Below are positions 37,851 to 51,389 of a stretch of 64,000 nucleotides of DNA, piece by piece. Numbering within the stretch: position 1 is the first letter of the stretch; every line of letters starts with the position of its first letter. The stretch spans positions 65,348,001-65,412,000 of the forward strand of contig OZ249436.1 in NCBI GenBank assembly GCA_965235115.1, in the 5' to 3' direction. This stretch comes from Laetmonice hystrix (Eukaryota). Position numbers and translations under genes: made by a program. Below the pieces are notes generated by a model, which was given only the letters and a program-made list of their open reading frames with translations, did not search any database and was not told the origin of the DNA.

Positions 37851-38894
37851 GTAGTACAGCAAGCGGAGCAATCAATCCCTTAGGCTTGCTGGGGGTTGCT
37901 TTGTGTTGTGCGGAGTGTTGTTTTAACATTTGGGTTGAAAACTAACGTGATATAACAACGTCGCGTGTGGCTTGTGATGAAACCTAACCTGTGGAAACTA
38001 ACAATGTACATGTACTTATAACGAAGGTGTGTCGTTAAGTACGGTATTTTTGTAACAGCTGTAAATTCACAGATGGACACTGGAACTAGCATGTACGGGA
38101 GAAAATGATCCACGTGCACTTTGTAATTGTGTGCCGTGACTGAGTGTGAATACTGCTAGGATCATTATACCAATCCCTCTTTCACCGAAAGACAAGTATA
38201 TTTCGTAGAAAGAATGTTCCCATAGAATCTCACAATGTGGGATGACATAGCCTCATACATGTACCTTGTTATTACTGACAAACTTTCTGAGGTTAATGAA
38301 TTAATGAATTAACCTTCTCCCTAATTGCTTCAGGTTTGGGAAGTATTTGCCAATGTCGCAAGTGTTCTGTGTATTATAGCTTGAGTGACATTGACGGTAT
38401 GTCCTAGAAACCTGAGATGACGTGGCCCAGACCTTGTGACATTTCGTTTGTCGCAAAAAGAAATCCCAGTGTTGCACCTCCGAGATGCCTTCTGTCATGA
38501 AGTGTTTGCGGTTTAAAATTTGCACTGCTTATTTTCTGCTTATTGTTATTTCTATCATTATCATTGAAACGTTATATTTGTTTGCGTTTAATACTTTATA
38601 CAGCTGCATAGTCTTGTACAAAGGGTAGGAAAGAAGGATAGTTTTTCAGCTATTTTACTGACCTTGCTCCAATCAAGCTGTATTGCACTGCCACGCCACC
38701 TAGTGAGTCACAAGTAAAACACAAGAAAATCTTGAGCATTCATTATTGTGAACATATACCATGAGGAAACTCAATCAGCCTGAACAGCACAAACTATTTT
38801 TGAGGTTACTCACTTTGGACATTTTGATACTGATTTGAACTCGCTGTGAGAAGCGGTTATTATTTGATGTTGTATTTTGGACGACGTTTTGCAG

Positions 38895-39049
38895 ACCGCC
38901 ATGGCTCAGGGTCTCCGTCACCATCGTCGTCGTCAGGTCGACCACACCACTACTCGACGTCCGACATCGCCAGCTATTCGAGTCCAGGGGGCGCCACCAT
39001 GGACCGCAAACGGCGTGATGAGGAGGCGGCCAGACGGCGGGCACAAATG
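38895..39049 (+). CDS. SORBS: SORBS/CAP exon (155 nt, phase 1-0): (D)RHGSGSPSPSSSSGRPHHYSTSDIASYSSPGGATMDRKRRDEEAARRRAQM
   Basis: Acceptor gacgttttgcag, donor ATG|gtgagc, GC-rich coding-like sequence, start of a charged helical segment. Confidence 0.85.
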
Positions 39050-41662
39050 GTGAGCTATCTCTACCTCCGATATTATCTCTGCAGCACTGGAGTATAATGG
39101 GGAACTAGCCGCCGTGTGTAACCTGTAACAGTAAAAAAACACTGTGTATCACTATCATATAGTGTAAAAGTAATCTGAAGAAGTTCCCAATATATATAAC
39201 AAATGTAACGTCAGGATATTGGTTTTCTCAACAGACATTGTGAATACCCAGGTCTGAGAATTTCCTCTGTTTTATGGTTTCATCCACGGTAACAGACAAA
39301 TGCCGTAAACAAGGAAATTAACCTACTTTACGTGAGTGGGATTGAAATTTTACTGCACCTTGTAATGGTAGAAACGAGGTGGTAGTCCCAGACATGCCAC
39401 CTGAATGTCTTGCACTCAGCAGCCCCACCCCTCCCCACTCGTTCCTGGCCGCTCCTGGACAGGTGGAGCCGAGGTGATAGCAGTTAACCGGAAAATGTGG
39501 CGGACAGATTTCGAGTCAGACGGTCGTTTAGGTTTGAAGTTGTAGATTTGGCGGACATTGTGTGTGTGTGAGAGAGGGAGAGAGTCGGTATCTCGATGGT
39601 AATATATCACAGTAAACAGACAGACCCAAGGCTGGCGGTCCGAGATGTAAGGGGGAGGGAGGGAGGGGGGGGGGCTGGCAGGGTGTAGCATGGTCAGACC
39701 ATGGCTTAGCCCCCGTTTATACTGGCACTGGGGTGAAGCCTGCCTTCCCGGCTGCCGTTCGCCCCCCAGTGGATGTCGTAAATCCCGCCAAGGACAAGTT
39801 CACTTGAAGGTCAGTTTCCCGTAATTGTCTAAAAGTTTCGATGGGTGCAAGGAAGAGGTTTCTCAATCCGTATGGACGTGGAGTGGGGTGGTGGTGTGGG
39901 GAGGGGGGTGATTGGTTGAAGTTGAGTATAATCTAATAGAAAGGCCACAATTGATCGGAATCTTGGCTAGGCTGGGTAAGGAATCGGGTACCGGGTGACT
40001 AGAATGGATAGCTGTACGGTGACATTGTGAGAGGCCGGAGTGGTAACATATTGGGAGTAGTTGGGGCTGTTCGGGGTGAGTGGTAGAAGCCAGTGTAAAG
40101 GATAGTTTACAAGTCCACCCTCCGCCCAACTATCCTACCGGAGACACAGGCCTCAAGGCACCAACATCAAACATTCATCGGCCCAGCTTGTCCTGCCATG
40201 TAAAATAGCTTTCCTCACTTTTTATTATCCGCCCCCAGCCAGAGGTCCCTAGCCCATGGCCAATAGCCTCTGAATATTTGATAACAATACGTCATGGGTA
40301 ATGTTTGGGCTTTGAAAGGGACAGGGGATAAAGTCCTTGGTCTTCCTGGTGTTAGTCTCAGTATCAGCAGTTTCAGACAGCAACAGATAAGGGCGGATGT
40401 TTCTTAAATTCTTGTCAGGAAATGATGGGATTTGGGTGAGACAGTTACGACGTGGGTTGGTAGTTTGAGCTCACTGAATGATTCTGTGTTGTCCTGCAGT
40501 GTGCTGGCAGTCCCCTGACCATGATGTAAATCTCAACCAGTGATTACATTAGCACCGATCCCGGGCCCATGTTAGGGGGCCGTAGACGGGTGAACTATAC
40601 GCCACTGTACAAACTGTTATGACATGGTGTGCGTGGTAGAGCATGGGAAACGGCTGGCTCAGCTGTAAACACCCGGGTCGTATATTACATATAACATGGT
40701 AAAGCGGGCCTCCAGCACGGCGCTAATGGATTACATGGCAGCCTCCAGTGGCCGTCTCTCCAGGGTCAGCACCAACCGGCCGCCGGGACCGTAAACTCTT
40801 CTACCGAGGGGGCGGTCAGTGTAATCTACCGCCCCCCCCCCCACCGGGTCAAAGGTCAGAGGTCAGCCTACCAGCAGTTGACCGTCAGATCTAGGTTAAA
40901 CACGTCCTGAGGTCAAATCATCCTGACCTCATCAGCTCTACACGACTTATTCGGACAGAAACAATGGATTACGTGTATCACAGGCTTTCCGTCATGAATT
41001 CTTGATTTCAGACAAGTTCAGCTATTTTTCCGTCTAGGAGAAACCTGGACTAATTGTGTTCTCATTTATTTGCTTGACGAGAGGACTCAAGAGATTCATG
41101 GAAATATTAGTTTCTCGGTTTTAGAGGATAAATTATCAGTGATTTGGTGTTATTTTTGAAATTCACTGACGCCTAGTTTAAACTGGAAAGCCGTTTTATC
41201 CACCAGTAACAACTCAAGATCATTCCGACTAAAGCTCCTAATTGTTTTGTAATTAACAAATGGATCCAATTCGTTGTTAATAGAAAGAAATCCATCACCT
41301 GAAACTTAATTATTCGTAAAACCTCAGACTTGAGCTACTTTGCAGTCAGCACATGTTTCGACTGGTGATGAGGTTTGCTGCCGAGTTGATCCTGCATGAC
41401 TAATACCAACACGTGTCACACGTGAGTCATTTCACGTGTCACTGCTCCGGGCAGTCACAGCCTTCGTTCTCCGGCAACAGCAGAATTATCAGCTTTAACT
41501 TTATATCAAAGCATTGAGATTGAGATTGGTGTGTCAAACGGGGAGTGAACCGGTGTGACTGAGGTTATGGCAGGAGTAGCAGGGTGCATACTGTTTACCT
41601 GTATTATACGGCCGAGTCTGTATAGTACTGAGGGTGGGTTGACGGAGCCAGGGGGTATAGAG

Positions 41663-42311
41663 CACCCCCGCTCCATGTACTACTTACTGACTGCGCTGGG
41701 CACCCCCGCTCCATGTACTATACTTACTGACAGCGCTCAGTACCCCCGCTCCATGTACTACTTACTGACTGCGCTCGGTAACCCCCGCTCTATGTACTAC
41801 TTACTGACTGCGCTAGGTAACCCCTGCTCCATGTACTATTTACTGACAGCGCTCGACACCCCCGCTCTATGTACTACTTACTGACAGCGCTCGGTAATCC
41901 CCGCTCCATGTACTACTTACTGACAGCGCTCGGTCACCCCCGCTCCATGTACTACTTACTGACTGCGCTCGGTACCCCCGCTCCATGTACTACTCACTGA
42001 CTGCGCTCGACACCCCCGCTGCATGTACTACTTATTGACTGCGCTCGGTAACCCCCGCTCCATGTACTATTTACTGACAGCGCTCGACACCCCCGCTCTA
42101 TGTACTACTTACTGACAGCGCTCGGTAATCCCCGCTCCATGTACTACTTACTGACAGCGCTCGACACCCCCGCTGCATGTACTACTTATTGACTGCGCTC
42201 GGTACCCCCGCTCCATGTACTACTTACTGACTGCGCTCGACACCCCCGCTGCATGTACTACTTACTGACAGCGCTCGGTAACCCCCACTCCATGTACTTC
42301 TTACTGACAGC
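41663..42311. repeat. 38-39-bp minisatellite, ~17 copies
   Basis: Unit CACCCCCGCTCCATGTACTACTTACTGACWGCGCTCGGTA and variants. Confidence 0.95.
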
Positions 42312-42553
42312 CATAGGGTCTGTGGTCGTAACGTAAGGCGTCCTCGCCACCAGTGAGAAGTGTTACACGGCAGCGTGTGGTACCAGCCCCCCCCCCCAAC
42401 CACCACCATCTCCGTGCACACACCCCACCCACTGACTCCCCCACTCGGCAGGCGGCGTGCGGCGGGGACAGACAGAGAAAGGAGAGCGCGGCGGACGCCG
42501 TGATGAGGTGAAATGTTCTCATGTTGTCCGTTTTCTGTCCCCCTCTCCTCCAG

Positions 42554-42639
42554 GACCGGATCTACATGGAGCAACGCCAGCGGCGGATGGAGGCGGAGCA
42601 GGCGGCTAACGACGCCCGGCGACACCAAGACTTCTACCT
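42554..42639 (+). CDS. SORBS: SORBS/CAP exon (86 nt, phase 0-2): DRIYMEQRQRRMEAEQAANDARRHQDFY(L)
   Basis: Strong acceptor ttttctgtcccctctcctccag, donor CCT|gtgagt. RRHxDF motif typical of CAP upstream of SH3 #1. Confidence 0.9.
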
Positions 42640-44021
42640 GTGAGTACTAACTGTAGGTGTGGAGGGTGAGGTACGGGGGGGCTGGGAGAGGAGTGTCCAC
42701 TTGTGGAGCCCTGACACCGCCGGTATGGGTCTGCACGCGGCACGTGCGGTACACGTAGATCAGATTGACCTCTCAGAGTGTCTCTCTCTCTCTCGTCAGG
42801 TGGATTGATTCACGTTTAGATTCAGCTTGCTCCGTCTTGATCGATCGCTTTGTGTTACACGGACAGGAAAACCTTACAGTGTTCTGACCTAGAACAGTGT
42901 GCGCCATGGCAAACAGTAGTAGTTGACAACACGTAGTGCTGCTTTATGTAGTTCTCTACCGTAGTGGATACTTTCTTATTGATATGAGTGGGATGGGTAT
43001 CTACAGGTACAGGGCTGTCGGGGTGGTTTGACTTTCTCTAGCGGTAGGAGAGGGGGTTTAACGCTCTACGTCGAGGCTTTCCTTGGACTAGCGATGGAGA
43101 TGGTGTTTCTGAAATCACATTGAAATGTGAGAAAATACTTTGATTCAGTTCAGGTAGACGTCTAATAATAGAACTCTGATCTTTTAATGAGTCGCTGTGA
43201 CTTTCAAGAGGGGATGGATTTAACGACAGAAGCGATATCTTAATATCCTGACACAAAGATTTCCTTTTTGTGAAAGACGATAGACTTGCTGACTTTTTCT
43301 ATAGGGTTGCTTAAAAACGCACGTTATGATGTTCCCAGTGTTAAATCCGTTGTCTGCAGTGTTTAAGCCATTGTCTGCAGTGTTTGAGGTGTAGTCTGCA
43401 GTGTTGAAACCATCACTTGCAATGTTTTAAACGTTACCTGCAATGATGAGTTTACCGTGTAGAAGATCCGACTCTGTTTCCACAGACAAGGCAGGAGTTA
43501 GCTTTTGTCGTCAGGGGTTTAGAGATAAAAATCTACAGATCGAGCACAACCGTTTACAGGAGGCCGTGACAAATACAGAGTGCACTGTACTCTGTACTAA
43601 TCGGAACAATAAAAACACTGGAAACAGAGATTGGTTTGATTGTTCTCTACATGACAATGTAACTGGAGAGGGAGGTTACAGGTAGGAGTTTTGTCAGTTA
43701 CAGATCTACCGGTAACATGTGAGGTGCACTGTGCGATAGAGAAACTCTACCTGGAATCGGAGACTGGCAGACTTTGTTATAAATGTGGGGAGGCTGTAAG
43801 TAAAGAAGCTCACTGTATTGTGTATTTACTGCTTTGTGGCACAAATAACATGCACCTGTGCCTGGTGGTAGTGGGTGGATGATACGTGATTAAAAGGTTC
43901 GGTATGATTTACCTGAGGAATTCAGGTTAGGGTGACAATGTACGGCGTGTGACAGATCCCGGTCAGATCCCGGTACGGGGCTGTCAATCATGGAGGTGAT
44001 GTATCATTACCTGCAGTGCCG

Positions 44022-44301
44022 TGTGGTAGAGCCACAGCCAGAGACGACACTGGCCTACCGATGTATATCAGCAGTGCTGGCAGCGATGGTTTGTACCAGT
44101 TCCAGTTGTACTGTCAGAACTAGCAGTGGTGTAGCAGTGTCAGCAGTGCTGTCAGTGATGACACTGATGTGGTAGAGCCACAGCCAGAGACGACACTGGC
44201 GTACTGGTGTATATCAGCAGTGCTGGCAGCGATGGCTTGTACCAGTTCTAGTTGTACTGTCAGAACTAGCAGTGGTGTAGCAGTGTCAGCAGTGCTGTCA
44301 G
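44022..44301. repeat. Tandem duplication of ~146 bp (2 copies)
   Basis: TGTGGTAGAGCCACAGCCAGAGACGACACTGGC... at 44022 and again at 44168. Confidence 0.9.
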
Positions 44302-46482
44302 ACTGTCAAGAGGTGACACTGATTTAACTGTGCCGGTGGTGCTGTCAGAGATGACGGATACCTTAGTACGTTCAGATACAAACAGAACTGACAGATATGA
44401 ACGGTTCTGACCGTTTTTTAACAGTGCTGACAGATGTACAGCTGTGTATTAGGGGTGGTGACGGACAAACTGCGAATCGAGATCATGTACTGAGAAAATA
44501 CTTCAGCACTAGTATTGGTGCACACCTGTAAGCGGCGGAGTGGGATGCGCAACAGCTGTATCGCTATATCCTCACCTAAACAAGCATTGCTGCTGAACCA
44601 CAGCTATATAATGTGAAAGCTTCTCACCCCACATTGTTAAGTTCACTGTAGTGCACCGACTGATCTGTTTAATAGCTGACTCGGTCTCAAATGACAGGCG
44701 AGGCCAGAGCCTATTGTCGGCAGCCAGGATGTAATAACCATTAGAACCATGTGTGGGTGAAATGTGGCCCTTTGAATTCCATTCACCAACTCCTTCTTTG
44801 AGGTAGAGATGTCGAGGATGGGAAGGAGTTCTTTGCCCCCCTTTCCCCCCGACCCTTTCAATCTATAGTAACATGAGGTTGTTGGCGATCTAAGATATTG
44901 TGTAGGAGAGGTGTCTGTTATGACTGCCAGGAAGGTCTCAATAACAGACGTTGGCTGTCCACCATTAGAGAGGGCCTTACCGTCGGCATTCGATCGAATT
45001 GTTACATTATCTGTATTGACGTTAGCGTGATGAGCTCAGTTAGTGGTAATCTGTGTGTGGTCGTATCACCCTGGTTTGGTACCACAGGGATGTCGGGTAC
45101 CGACCACGTGACCCTCACCTCTTCACCTCTCCGGCACATCCCGTCAAGTGCGCCAATAAGTGGATTGGGCCGACGGGTTGTCTGAGATGGTCACTAGGAT
45201 TAGGACGGTGTGAGGACGCTTTAACTCCCGCCAAGTCGGTGACGGCCACGGCATTGAAACACCAACTGTAAAGGGCACGACATCAGCCAAAGGCCAGCTA
45301 CACATGAAGGAATGTGACGTAAACTAAACTCTGGTTCAGATGGGAGAAAAGGGGAAACATTTATGTAAGAAATATATTCTGCAAATGTAATTTTTTTTTT
45401 GCGACGCGTGTTGAACTTACCCCACCAAAATTACATTCGGGATAAAGATTACCGACAAATGGAACGTTGACAGAGCTTGACGGGTTACAAGACGCGCCAT
45501 GTCCTCCAAGGTTTCTTGGTCGCCTTTCACCGTGACACCGGGAAGGTTCTCCACCAAACTGTTCCAAGTGCAGGTCAACCCACCATAATCTAATTTGCGC
45601 GGTTGGCTGTTCACTGATGGGTCTGATCTCTTTAGGACATTTATGAAGGAATTCAATTACGGCAGAAAAGCCTAGTCGAAACATTGACTTCAGACATGAT
45701 TATGAAAAAGGTGGTATGTTGACATATTGTATCAGTGCCTTTGTGAGTTTTTTTTTACCACTGGCGTGTAGTTGTTGAGTGAGTGCTCTTTGAATATGGG
45801 TCAAGATGGAAAGTTGAACCAATCATTTAAGCTAAGGAGATAAACGAAAATCGATTTCTGTTAGAATGCAGGAGAATGACACGTTAGTGTGATGGAATTA
45901 AAAGATGACCGACCATTTTATGGTTGCTGTCATTGAAGGAGGCCCCTATCAGAAAGTGTTTGCCTAAAGAATCTAAATATTGAATGCCTGGACTGGATTA
46001 AAGAATCTATTATTCAGGAAGGTAGTTTTTCCCATCCTCCCACAAGGATTCACACATGTATTGCCTTGTGTGTAAGACATGGATGAGGGGCCATCTCAAT
46101 AACGGCATTAATCATGGATATAGGACGGGTCAGGGTGCCCTCTACTGGAACCACGACGTATTCCTGCCGGTCACCCACACCCCCTACCCCACCCCCATCA
46201 GAGGGGTGCAATCAGTTACCCCCAAAACAATCTCTGCTGACAGCAGTGGCAATGGGCTGTCAGACACAGCCTGCCTGGGCAGACCTCGGACCCGACAAGT
46301 GATGTATCAAGCCATCACGCATGTAAACAGCCCATTAATTTGCAAATGAGATAACTGGTGAATTATGCCGTCATACAAGGAGGTAGGGGATATCACATTA
46401 TGGATACTGCAGTATCAACGTAAGATCACTCGGACCAGAAGCCAACCTCATGGAAGTAATGTGAAGAGTGTGAGAGAAAATG

Positions 46483-46682
46483 GTTTTGTGTGTGAAACAT
46501 GTTTATGGTGAACACATGGGGACGTCCTGCACTAGGATGACACGGCGGGCCAGTGATAAAACGTGATCCAAGATCGTCTTATCGTTTTGTGTGTGAAACA
46601 TGTTTATGGTGAACACATGGGGACGTCCTGCACTAGGATGACACGGCGGGCCGGTGATAAAACGTGATCCAAGATCGTCTTC
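46483..46682. repeat. Tandem duplication of ~101 bp (2 copies)
   Basis: GTTTTGTGTGTGAAACATGTTTATGGTGAACACATGGGGACG... at 46483 and 46584. Confidence 0.9.
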
Positions 46683-48050
46683 AAATTACCGAGATAAAAA
46701 CTCAACAGACATTTTCTATCAAAACTATGATCGCCTAATAAAACTCTACACTTATTAAACAGAGATGCATTTAATTTGCCTTCATTCTGAATCATTTATG
46801 TGTGTCTCGGTTCACTCTGCGAATTCGAAAACCCTCTCTTGAGGCACCAAACTCCTAGCAGTACAGCCCCACAGCGGTACTTGTCATATGGAGATTCTAC
46901 TTTGTATGCAGTGAAAGATTCTGAACTGGAGGGGGGCAAGTTCAGAGACAAAAGAGTGGGTGTGGGTGTGGGTGTGAGACTGGAGGCGGTTTGTACTAAA
47001 ATCTCCATACCTCAGTCAGACTGAGGGTTCACTATGTTATCGGTGGTCGGAGAAACCGAGAGTAGGTAGAGGTTTACAGGGGTCGGTACAGTGATATCCA
47101 GACATCATGGCCCTTTAACTTTAACCATCTCTCCAGTGGTTGCCAGCGGAGACTGAAGGCTTGGGGAAGCAACATCCCGCACTCGTTTCCCGGTACCGTA
47201 AGATAACATTAAAAATGGATGAAAGAGAGCAGAATAGAATGGCCGTCTGCTCGGGGCCAACTTTACTGTGCAGTGTAATAATGTGGGAATGGGTGGGGTT
47301 CAGTGGTGTACACACGCCAGCCACCGCCACACTCACGGTTTGGGGGTACTGTAGGGGTGGGATGTTGTTCACCCTACGGCTAGGGTTTAGTCAGCCTGTT
47401 CAATATTAAAGAAATGCTGAATAGCGTTAGGTGCTACCTTAGTCAGTGGCAGGTGTTATCCTTGCATTGGTCGGCATACACAGTGCTGTAACTAGACCAG
47501 GCAATCATATACCGATAGTATCCTATACTTAATGTTATTTATGAGTCCAAGTGTACGTCGTTCTGTGGCAGAAAGCCACCAGCTAGATTAATCTAGTAGA
47601 TATAAGCAAGATGATGGGTGTATTTGGTATGATATCGGGGTCAGACACACTTTTTGATCCTGTTATAGTTTGAATGTGATTTGGAAGGTCTAGTTCTACA
47701 TGTATGTGGATGTATATAATTGGTCTACCGTATTTGAGTTGCCCATTTTATTACAAAAAATTAAGGAAAGAAAAAAAAATTGCTGTCTTGATATTTTTAA
47801 TGATTCTCTTATTTGTTTGGCCATGATACAAATGTTCATTATACATATGTATGTGCCTTTTATAATTGCTCAGATATTTGGCGCCATCCTTCGTGTTATC
47901 TCCTCTTACTGTACCTATATTAAAATTTGTCTTCATTGTATATTGTTATAGTGGTAAACTGTCCCGAGGCAAGGCGTTAGATGAGGAGTATTTGACCTCA
48001 CTGTGAACTCTGACCTGTAGAGTTCAGCTGTACTCTGTTTCTGTCCCCAG

Positions 48051-48170
48051 AGAGGATGAAGAATACTGGCTCCGGTTTGCTGGTCTCCTTGAGGACGACG
48101 ACAAAGTCAAACCAAACAAACTCGACACGAGCCGTCTCAACATTAAGTTCCTCAACGTCAGCCAAGACAG
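48051..48170 (+). CDS. SORBS: Candidate cassette exon (120 nt, phase 2-2): EDEEYWLRFAGLLEDDDKVKPNKLDTSRLNIKFLNVSQD
   Basis: Acceptor tactctgtttctgtccccag, donor CAG|gtggac, 39 open codons in the phase demanded by both neighbours. Confidence 0.65.
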
Positions 48171-51100
48171 GTGGACTAGAACTCCCGAATAGGAGTTTTT
48201 AACCTTTGATTTTGACCCCCTTGTGCTACATTCAGATTTTGTTGTTTTTTTACGACTTGCATTCGTTCACCTTCAACCTGTTTGAGGTTGTTTTCAGTTC
48301 CCCGTTTCCCGAGTTGTATACGTTATCCTTTGCATTTTTGAGCGCTTTGTTCTGGCTTGTCCTGTGCCGTTTTCGTTGTTTGGACAGTGAGAGCAATTGC
48401 TGCTTGCATCAGAGATCAGCAGAGTAATCTGTTCCGTCTATAGACACGTCACTGCCATCGCCTCAGGCCGTTTACACGTCACAGATGGCAGTTGTGACGT
48501 CACGACGGTGTCCTTCCTCCCCCTGTGGACATTGATGTATCGTGGTTGTGTTGCCAGGATACCAATCAATGTATGTCCATGATGTACGTCCGTTCAGACG
48601 TCTGGTATGCCGGACTGACGTCAGTGTCCGTCTATACATCCAGACGTCCTGTCAAGCAGCACTGCACGACCCTCCTCCCTTCCTTGAATGATAGGTGGTT
48701 TCACCCTGTCAACATTATATTATTATTAATTGGCCGTCTTTGACGCTAGAAACATGTAGTAGCACTCTGGTTTTTCCTACAAAGTGCGTGAGACGCAAGG
48801 TAAACTGCATTCGAAACGTTCATATTTGCCCCATGTCCAGAATATTAGCAGGAAGATGATTTCCTCATGTCTTTCGTTGGTCTACATGAAGGTCGTAATT
48901 TGGAGTCTTACCGTGGACCTTTAAACGTATCCAGGTCGAATGGCCGACAATCGAGGTGAGAAACATGAGAGGATGACCTGGCGATTGCTTACCTCGGCCT
49001 CCATACTGCCCACTCGCCCTCCCTTCATCTCCTACCAGTGTCATCTTTGATATCAGATTGTCAGTTCGCTCGATCCACTTTGTGAGACACAGATTTCATT
49101 ATTCCCATCGTCATCAGCCTCCGGTCAGACTGAACCGGTTGATACAGCCTTTCATTCACCACCAACCTTGTCATTTGTATAGCTGCGGGCAGTCGTATCG
49201 TTTCCAATCTGTGTATGGGGAGGGGGAAGTGAACTTGGCTGTTGTCTGCGCCGAATGGCTTCTGGTAGCACAGAGGTAAAATACGTTCTCAGTTCTGGCA
49301 TACTCATCAAAGATATTATCTTTTGAAGTACACCTTTTTCATCAGAACTACTTTACCGGACTGCGCAGGTTTCTCGAATAGTTGAGTTTTATGAGAACCA
49401 TGAGATTCAGCCGTGGCGTTTTGATCACGAGTGATCAGTTCGAACACGATCAATTCTTGCAATGTAAAATCTTCCCTCACCGTGGTATGGTAGGAGTTTG
49501 TTACACCAATATTCGCACGTACCATGACAGAGTAAAGACGAGACGATGTTTTCCTTTACTTGGAGGCGTAAGATTGAAGTTATTGTGTCATGGACGCATG
49601 AGGGCAGTCATGGGTGCGTTAATGATTCATGAGGATGGTGTGAGGTGGATCACCCCGTTGGGAGGTGGGCCAATATGGCCGTCCCTCCTGTATATTTATA
49701 ACCGGTTCCTCTCCGTAATCATGACGTGAGAAGGAAGGAAGGAGTAAGTCCTCAGGCCCCATACCTCCTCTTACTGTCCACCCAGTAAACACTGAGGGCG
49801 TAAGTCGTGCCTAGTGTAATGGTTCCGTCCTTACGGGATCGGACAGGCAGTCAGTCACTTTGAGCTTCTCTCGGTCAAAATGGCATCATCTCTACTTTGT
49901 GACTAACCTGGTAAAAATCAAGAAAGCTCCACATGGGTTTAAAAAGGAGGGGTATGAGTTTACGCTGACTTAGATTTTGAGACTTTCTAAACTATTAACA
50001 TTGCATTAATGTTCCCAGTGCGGTAAAATTCGATACTGGTATCGTCCTCAGTACTGACACCTATTGTAGTATCTGCCCTTGAGCATGTGTTGTTTGTGTA
50101 CCACTTGACTTACGGTCCAGGCACTTCGCCCAAACCTGACCTAACCTTTCTGTGACCTTGGCTATGAACTTTGCTCAAAAACAACTAACCCTGAAAGATA
50201 TAAGAGATAATTGTTAAAAACGTTTACTAATACATTGTACTTTAGAAATGCCTCTTAGTAACTGTTTAGTGCCACGGACGGAAAAGGATTATAGCGTTTG
50301 CATTTAACTCTAATTTTCACTATAAATGGTATACTGTTGTATACTGTTGATGTACTGATTCCTCCAAGTTTCCTGTTTGTAGAATAGCATGGCACGGGAC
50401 AGGTCCTCGCTGTATTATAATAATATATTATATCATACATTAAAATCTTAGTCTGACAGAATAATGGCTTGAGCGATGTAAAAGTGGGCTGTACAATTAT
50501 ACTGGGATGACCCCGTACTTTACCAAGGCAAGGTCCGGGTCGTGGGCAGGCATCCTGATACATACAGGGCGTACCAGAAATATGGATACAGAAAAGTACA
50601 GGATGAATTTTATTTGATATAAAAAGACCGGGCAGTTGAGGAATGTGCACATTGATTTACAGCTGGAAAAAAATGCTGTATATCTCGTTTTAGAGTTGGC
50701 CGATAGCCATGGAGGCTCTGTGTTTAATTGTAAACTGTAAAATGATTTATGGTATAACCATATGTCGAGCAAAGCTTTTGGAATGATATGTAATTGGGAT
50801 TCAGTGCACCTCCAAATCTTCGTGATCAGCAATCTTACCAACTTGGATAAAGTACATTTCGGCATAACCCTGCTTTGTGAAGCTAAAGCACAGCCCTCCA
50901 TCATTTCAAGCCAGCCCTGCCTTTTCTATACTGCTTAAATGGAATCAGGTATTCTGGACATTGGAAAATTTACGTTTCTATTATTATTGAACACCGTGTA
51001 TATCCAGGATTGTCGCTGACTCCCGGTTGCCCGTATATGTGTTTGTGGTTAATGATCCGTGACTTCCCGTCCAGAACTTTAAACACCATAAGAAACTCTG

Positions 51101-51389
51101 TCTAGAACTCCCCGTTGTTTTATTCGTTGATTCTGAGGCGCTCTACGACTTCTGTTCTTCCTGTACCCTTTGGAAAACAGCACCGGCTATTCAAAATATA
51201 GTTCTAATCGGTTGGAACGTTGGAGTACCTCTTTACTGGTGAAGTCGGACTAGGAGTTAGTTGGGAAAGGAGAAAGACAGATAGAGTCGGACTAAGTTCA
51301 GGTTGTAAAGGCTTTGCAGACGTACACCAGTGAGAGACTTGACACATTAGAGCGCGTCAAGTATAAACCGGGGAGTGTCGCTGAGGCTT

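Noticed and set aside
49300-50950. Short ORFs possibly from a decayed transposon
   Set aside because: No recognisable RT, transposase or integrase motif, so a call cannot be supported.
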